A stretch of DNA of 18,908 bases from the NCBI GenBank assembly GCA_041548245.1, contig JBFESZ010000037.1, positions 1 through 18,908 on the forward strand. Direction: 5' to 3'. This DNA is from Sulfurimonadaceae bacterium (GTDB taxonomy: Bacteria > Campylobacterota > Campylobacteria > Campylobacterales > Sulfurimonadaceae). Every line of letters begins with the position of its first letter. Position 1 is the stretch's first letter. This document shows positions 14,917 through 18,908 of this stretch, one piece after another. The position numbers and the translations under genes are program-made. The notes below the pieces were generated by a model, which was not told the origin of the DNA, did no database searches, and saw only the letters and a list, made by a program, of their open reading frames with translations.

Positions 14917-14948
14917 TAATTTAGAACTTAAATTTAAGTTTTAAATTA
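14917..14948. repeat. 32-bp near-perfect palindrome in the hup leader
   Basis: TAATTTAGAACTTAAATTTAAGTTTTAAATTA; one asymmetric pair, which would be G-U in plus-strand RNA. Confidence 0.85.
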
Positions 14949-14979
14949 TGAGCATACTTTAACTCATAGAGGGTACACA

Positions 14980-15264
14980 ATGAATAAATCACAATTTGTT
15001 GAACTAGTTCAAAAATGTGGCGACTACAAAACTAAAGTAGAAGCGGAATCTGCGATCAAAGCATTCACTGAAGCTGTAACTGAAGCACTTGTAAAAAAAG
15101 AAGATGTTTCTCTAGTAGGTTTCGGATCTTTCGCATCTGCACTACAAAAAGGTAAAAGTGGTAAAGTTCCTGGAACTGATAAAACTTATACAACTGCTGA
15201 TAAAATGGTTCCAAAATTCAAAGCAGGTAAAGGTCTTAAAGATCGCGTAGCTGCAGGTAAATAA
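14980..15264 (+). CDS. hup: DNA-binding protein HU
   Basis: MNKSQFV...LVGFGSF...VPKFKAGKGLKD. Arm KGKSGKVPGT is of the Helicobacter type. Highly expressed codon bias; SD GAGG. Confidence 0.97.
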   Translation: MNKSQFVELVQKCGDYKTKVEAESAIKAFTEAVTEALVKKEDVSLVGFGSFASALQKGKSGKVPGTDKTYTTADKMVPKFKAGKGLKDRVAAGK

Positions 15265-15272
15265 TTACCTTC

Positions 15273-15297
15273 TCGGCTTCGGCCGAACTCTTTCTTT
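15273..15297 (+). terminator. Intrinsic terminator after hup
   Basis: TCGGC-TTCG-GCCGA (cUUCGg tetraloop) followed by a pyrimidine/T-rich tail. Confidence 0.7.
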
Positions 15298-15397
15298 CAA
15301 GTATTAATTTCCACCAACAGTTTTTTTAAAGTCTCTATAGCGTAGAATTTTAAAAAGTCTATTGACAACTTCCGCTACTTAGCACACGAGGTAGTAT

Positions 15398-16852
15398 GTG
15401 AACCTTTTTACCAAACTCTTTTTCCCTACAGCCAAAGACAACAATGAAGCATCCGAAAATGAGATCTTGGAAGAACTCAAGCTTCGCTTTGATGATGAGG
15501 CAGAGTTTTATTCCAAAGTCGTTGTCTTCAATAAGAAACAGCAAAACGTCATTAACTATATGATGATCCATCCGCAAGCCGGTGTTGTTCTATTCAACTT
15601 TTTCAACTATTGTGCCGCTGATCTTGATGGCGTTACTGCCTCTTTCACTGACAACAAGAGTTCAAATGCTGATATCAAAACTACAGATGCAAAACAGACT
15701 ATCCAACTTCGTTTTGAAGAGGTTTTCCACACTCAGATCGCTCCGGTACGCTCCATTCTTATCTGTCCAAACCTAAACGAAGGTGAGTTTGACTATCTTG
15801 ATGAAAGTTTTCAACACTGTATTCCAAAGAACCTTGTCCTCTTTAATGACAGCCCTCAACAACATTATGAAGATGTGATCTTAGGAAAAGAGCCCGGTGG
15901 CTACGACACAGACAAAATAAAAAAAGCCATCTTTTCAGAATTTATTCTGCCAGAACAGAATATACTGATGTCAAAAGAGCAACAAACTGCTGTTCATACA
16001 GACTTCTCAAACAACCTTAATATCAAAGGTCTTCCCGGTTCAGGAAAAAGTTCCGTATTGATTGCCAAAGCCTTGTACGAAAAGATGAAAGACCCCCGTC
16101 TCGATATGATAATATTTGGCCGATTACCTTGTAATGTGCATCATCTTCAATCCCTCATCTTTCAATGCACTGAACATGCCCACTGGAGCCTTAACCCGGC
16201 CGAGATCACTGTCAGCAGCTTTGAGTCAATTAAAAAACGTATCTCAGCTAAAGAGAAGTTCGATCTTGTTGTGTGTGATGAGATCAATACCGCTGACTTA
16301 AGCAACCTAAAACGGTTATTGAATAAAAAAGGACGGCTGCTTTTATCCTCATGCTATGAAATTGATGATATTACATCACTCCCCCTACTCAGTAACTACA
16401 GGCTCTCTTCTGCCTTATGCGCTGCCTGTGAGGGACACGAGCTTGAAGATCTGTCACAAAGCCTTAGCTTGAAAATCGGCAACACTTTTATGAATACACT
16501 ACTCGTGCTCGAGCAACTTCTGCCTAATACCCCTGCACAAAAGATATCTATTTTGCATTACAACAAAGAGGAACTGCTTCGATTACAAAATGAGATTAAC
16601 GAGTACTTCACGCCTATCGCTTTCCTTTTTGATGATCAAAACATTGCAAAAGACTCTATACTTCTACACCCTTTAGAGCAGATTTCTTGTATTGACAATG
16701 ACTATGTCATTGCCATTATCGAAGATGCTGTGCACGAGGAGCTTATTCAACTGATCTCACGGGGAAAAAAGAAAAGTTTTATCTTGAGTGAAAACGATAA
16801 TGTAAACCACCTCATTCAACATATCAAAGGAAAAAACAATGAAACTGATTAA
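15398..16852 (+). CDS. Degenerate NERD-like domain + UvrD/SF1 helicase-like P-loop protein
   Basis: VINYMMIHPQAGVVLFNF (NERD-like), SKEQ (Q-motif), Walker A GLPGSGKS, Walker B VVCDE, NYR, and an eroded motif VI ISRGK. GTG start with GAGG. Confidence 0.72.
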   Translation: MNLFTKLFFPTAKDNNEASENEILEELKLRFDDEAEFYSKVVVFNKKQQNVINYMMIHPQAGVVLFNFFNYCAADLDGVTASFTDNKSSNADIKTTDAKQTIQLRFEEVFHTQIAPVRSILICPNLNEGEFDYLDESFQHCIPKNLVLFNDSPQQHYEDVILGKEPGGYDTDKIKKAIFSEFILPEQNILMSKEQQTAVHTDFSNNLNIKGLPGSGKSSVLIAKALYEKMKDPRLDMIIFGRLPCNVHHLQSLIFQCTEHAHWSLNPAEITVSSFESIKKRISAKEKFDLVVCDEINTADLSNLKRLLNKKGRLLLSSCYEIDDITSLPLLSNYRLSSALCAACEGHELEDLSQSLSLKIGNTFMNTLLVLEQLLPNTPAQKISILHYNKEELLRLQNEINEYFTPIAFLFDDQNIAKDSILLHPLEQISCIDNDYVIAIIEDAVHEELIQLISRGKKKSFILSENDNVNHLIQHIKGKNNETD

Positions 16853-17414
16853 AGTGCTGTTACTCATTTCAAGTATCGCTCTGCTGCTGCAGGGTTCATC
16901 CCTGCATGAATCTTTAGCCAAAAAAGACATGACGAAAAATCCTGTCGTTGTCTTAGAAACGACCCAGGGAAAGATCACGCTCGAACTCTTTCCCAAAATC
17001 GCACCCTTGGCAGTAGAAAACTTTGTAACGCATGTCAAAAACGGCTATTACAATGGCCTTATCTTCCATCGTATCATCAAAGGTTTTATGATTCAAGGGG
17101 GAGACCCTACAGGAACAGGTCGCGGCGGATCATGCATATGGGGCAAACCGTTTAAAGATGAGTTTGCCCCCAATGTCACCTTCAATCGAAAGGGTATCTT
17201 GGCTATGGCCAATGCCGGGCCTTCAACGAATGGAAGCCAGTTTTTCATCACTGTAGCACCGACACCATGGCTCAACGGCAGACATACCATCTTCGGCGAA
17301 GTCAAATCGGGTTATGACAACGTACACAAACTTGAGATGGTTGATGTCTCTCCTCGAGCGAACCGTCCCTATGAAGATCAAAAAATCATAAAAGCCTATC
17401 TGCTAGAAAACTGA
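16839..17414 (+). CDS. Cyclophilin-type peptidyl-prolyl cis-trans isomerase with signal peptide
   Basis: FHRIIKGFMIQGGDPTGTGRGG, LAMANAGPSTNGSQFFIT, WLNGRHTIFG. N-terminal MK plus hydrophobic leader. Confidence 0.96.
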   Translation: MKLIKVLLLISSIALLLQGSSLHESLAKKDMTKNPVVVLETTQGKITLELFPKIAPLAVENFVTHVKNGYYNGLIFHRIIKGFMIQGGDPTGTGRGGSCIWGKPFKDEFAPNVTFNRKGILAMANAGPSTNGSQFFITVAPTPWLNGRHTIFGEVKSGYDNVHKLEMVDVSPRANRPYEDQKIIKAYLLEN

Positions 17415-17416
17415 TA

Positions 17417-17440
17417 AGAAGCCAAGTCTACTTGGCTTCT
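17417..17440 (+). terminator. Terminator-like hairpin after the cyclophilin gene
   Basis: Perfect 10-bp stem AGAAGCCAAG-tcta-CTTGGCTTCT immediately after the stop; the U tract is weak. Confidence 0.7.
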
Positions 17441-17571
17441 ATACTTTCTCTAAATATATCTATCTTTATCCCCGCACAGCACTTAATTCGATATAATATC
17501 CACCATTAAAGTTCCTGTCACTTATTCATCTGATGTAGTGTTCTGGCAACTCACCTAATCTAGGGAATTCT

Positions 17572-18908
17572 ATGGATATTCATACACTCAAAAAACTAGA
17601 AAAAAAAGCTGCACAAAGTTCACAAACCGACTTTTTAAAGATGGGCATCGCATTGGCATTTATGGTCGGTGTTTTCTGGTATGCCTTTGGCACCCATAAT
17701 GCTACCAACAATGTTTTTTTAGTAGTCGCCGCCGTTTTCGGTGCCTATATGGCTTTAAACATCGGTGCTAATGATGTCGCTAACAATGTGGGCCCGGCAG
17801 TCGGTTCCAAGGCATTAACCATGGGTGGCGCTATCCTTATTGCTGCTATTTTTGAAGCAGGTGGTGCACTCATTGCAGGCGGTGATGTCGTCAGTACCAT
17901 TAAAAAAGGCATTATCGATCCCGCCCTTTTTGTCAATACACAAGAGTTTATCTGGGCTATGACGTCCGCACTTCTTGCCGGTGGGATATGGTTGAATATT
18001 GCGACTAAGGTCGGTGCCCCGGTCTCTACAACACATTCTATCGTCGGTGGTGTCATGGGCGGGGGTATCGCAGCAGCAGGTTTTTCCATTGTTTCATGGG
18101 GAACAATGGGCAAGATTGCCGCTTCTTGGATTATCTCTCCCCTACTCGGTGCTCTTATTGCAGCCATATTCCTCTTTGCAATAAAAAAGACCATCCTTTA
18201 TAAAGAAGACCGTTTGTCTGCCATGCGTAAGATGGTCCCTGTCTATGTGGCTATCATGACTTTTGCCTTCGCTACCTACCTTACTCTTAAGGGCCTGAAA
18301 AAGATCTGGCCTAAGATTATAGAGACAGTAAATACTATTACTATACTAGATTTAATTTCGCTTGCAATAGCCATCATCGTTTATATTATTGTTATTAAGA
18401 CATTAAGACTTTCAACAAAACGCGACATGTATATTGCACTTGCCATCTCGCTTCCTATTGCTGATTATTCGCTACTTAAGCTTTTACAACTCCTTCCTTT
18501 TGATATTATAAAAGTACCTCTATTTGCCCTTGAAGTAGTCAAAAAACCCACACTATTGGTTGCCTTAGGCATCGGACTTGTATCCGCTGTAATCGTTTAT
18601 TCTATGGTTAGACCTATTATTAAAAAAGCTTCCCTTTCTTTAGAAAATACAGTCAAAGATGCAAATTCTTTGTTTACTATTCCTCTTATCTTCGCAGCCG
18701 CGCTTCTCTCCTTTGCTCATGGTGCGAATGATGTCGCCAATGCCGTCGGTCCTTTAGCTGCCATAGCCGATGCCGTTAAGAGTTCAGTAATCGCGTCGAA
18801 AGCGGCCATTCCTCTATGGGTCATGCTAGTAGGTGCGCTGGGGATCTCTTTAGGTCTTGCGCTCTATGGCCCTAAACTGATCAGAACCGTCGGTTCAGAG
18901 ATAACCCA
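17572..18908 (+). CDS. PiT-family inorganic phosphate transporter, partial (runs off the right edge)
   Basis: Not in the ORF track. ATG 17572 with SD AGGGA. Both PiT signatures are in one frame: NIGANDVANNVG (~17758) and HGANDVANAVG (18718), plus PVSTTH. Confidence 0.95.
   Translation, partial: MDIHTLKKLEKKAAQSSQTDFLKMGIALAFMVGVFWYAFGTHNATNNVFLVVAAVFGAYMALNIGANDVANNVGPAVGSKALTMGGAILIAAIFEAGGALIAGGDVVSTIKKGIIDPALFVNTQEFIWAMTSALLAGGIWLNIATKVGAPVSTTHSIVGGVMGGGIAAAGFSIVSWGTMGKIAASWIISPLLGALIAAIFLFAIKKTILYKEDRLSAMRKMVPVYVAIMTFAFATYLTLKGLKKIWPKIIETVNTITILDLISLAIAIIVYIIVIKTLRLSTKRDMYIALAISLPIADYSLLKLLQLLPFDIIKVPLFALEVVKKPTLLVALGIGLVSAVIVYSMVRPIIKKASLSLENTVKDANSLFTIPLIFAAALLSFAHGANDVANAVGPLAAIADAVKSSVIASKAAIPLWVMLVGALGISLGLALYGPKLIRTVGSEIT

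Noticed and set aside
15130..15200. HU arm lacking the canonical GRNPxTG motif
   Set aside because: The KGKxGKVPG arm is the known Helicobacter-type variant, so it is not novel.
17745..18194. Track ORFs on both strands within 17745-18194
   Set aside because: They are shadows of the PiT gene, which the track missed because its stop lies outside the window.
1..18908. CRISPR arrays, tRNA/rRNA genes, IS elements and prophage genes
   Set aside because: No regularly spaced repeats, cloverleaf signatures, transposase or integrase motifs were seen. The intergenic gaps are short and otherwise explained.

Overview
Chromosomal backbone of a Campylobacterota (epsilonproteobacterium). A Sulfurimonas/Sulfuricurvum-like organism is inferred from the Helicobacter-type HU arm, the DUF342/FapA and PP0621 gene neighbourhoods, and -10-dominated promoters. 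I saw no rRNA, tRNA, CRISPR, IS or prophage signal. Recognisable genes: EAL phosphodiesterase, TIGR01621-type pseudouridine synthase, PP0621-family protein, NlpC/P60 lipoprotein, truC, alr, agmatine deiminase, orphan 6TM histidine kinase, pyk, stand-alone class III nucleotide cyclase, HTH/coiled-coil protein, FapA, XRE regulator, HU, a degenerate NERD/UvrD-like protein, cyclophilin and a PiT phosphate transporter (partial). The ORF track misses two edge genes (1..452 and 17572..end) and two small single-TM ORFs (31 aa and 41 aa) with good expression signals. It probably also misplaces two starts that look like ATA codons. The best leads are tandem Pho-box-like repeats at the canonical distance upstream of the EAL gene, a cyclase-HTH-fapA operon with a non-canonical base-specificity pocket, the two small proteins, and a NERD-helicase that appears catalytically dead. 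Nothing here proves a new system. All family assignments come from reading motifs by eye, not from database searches.
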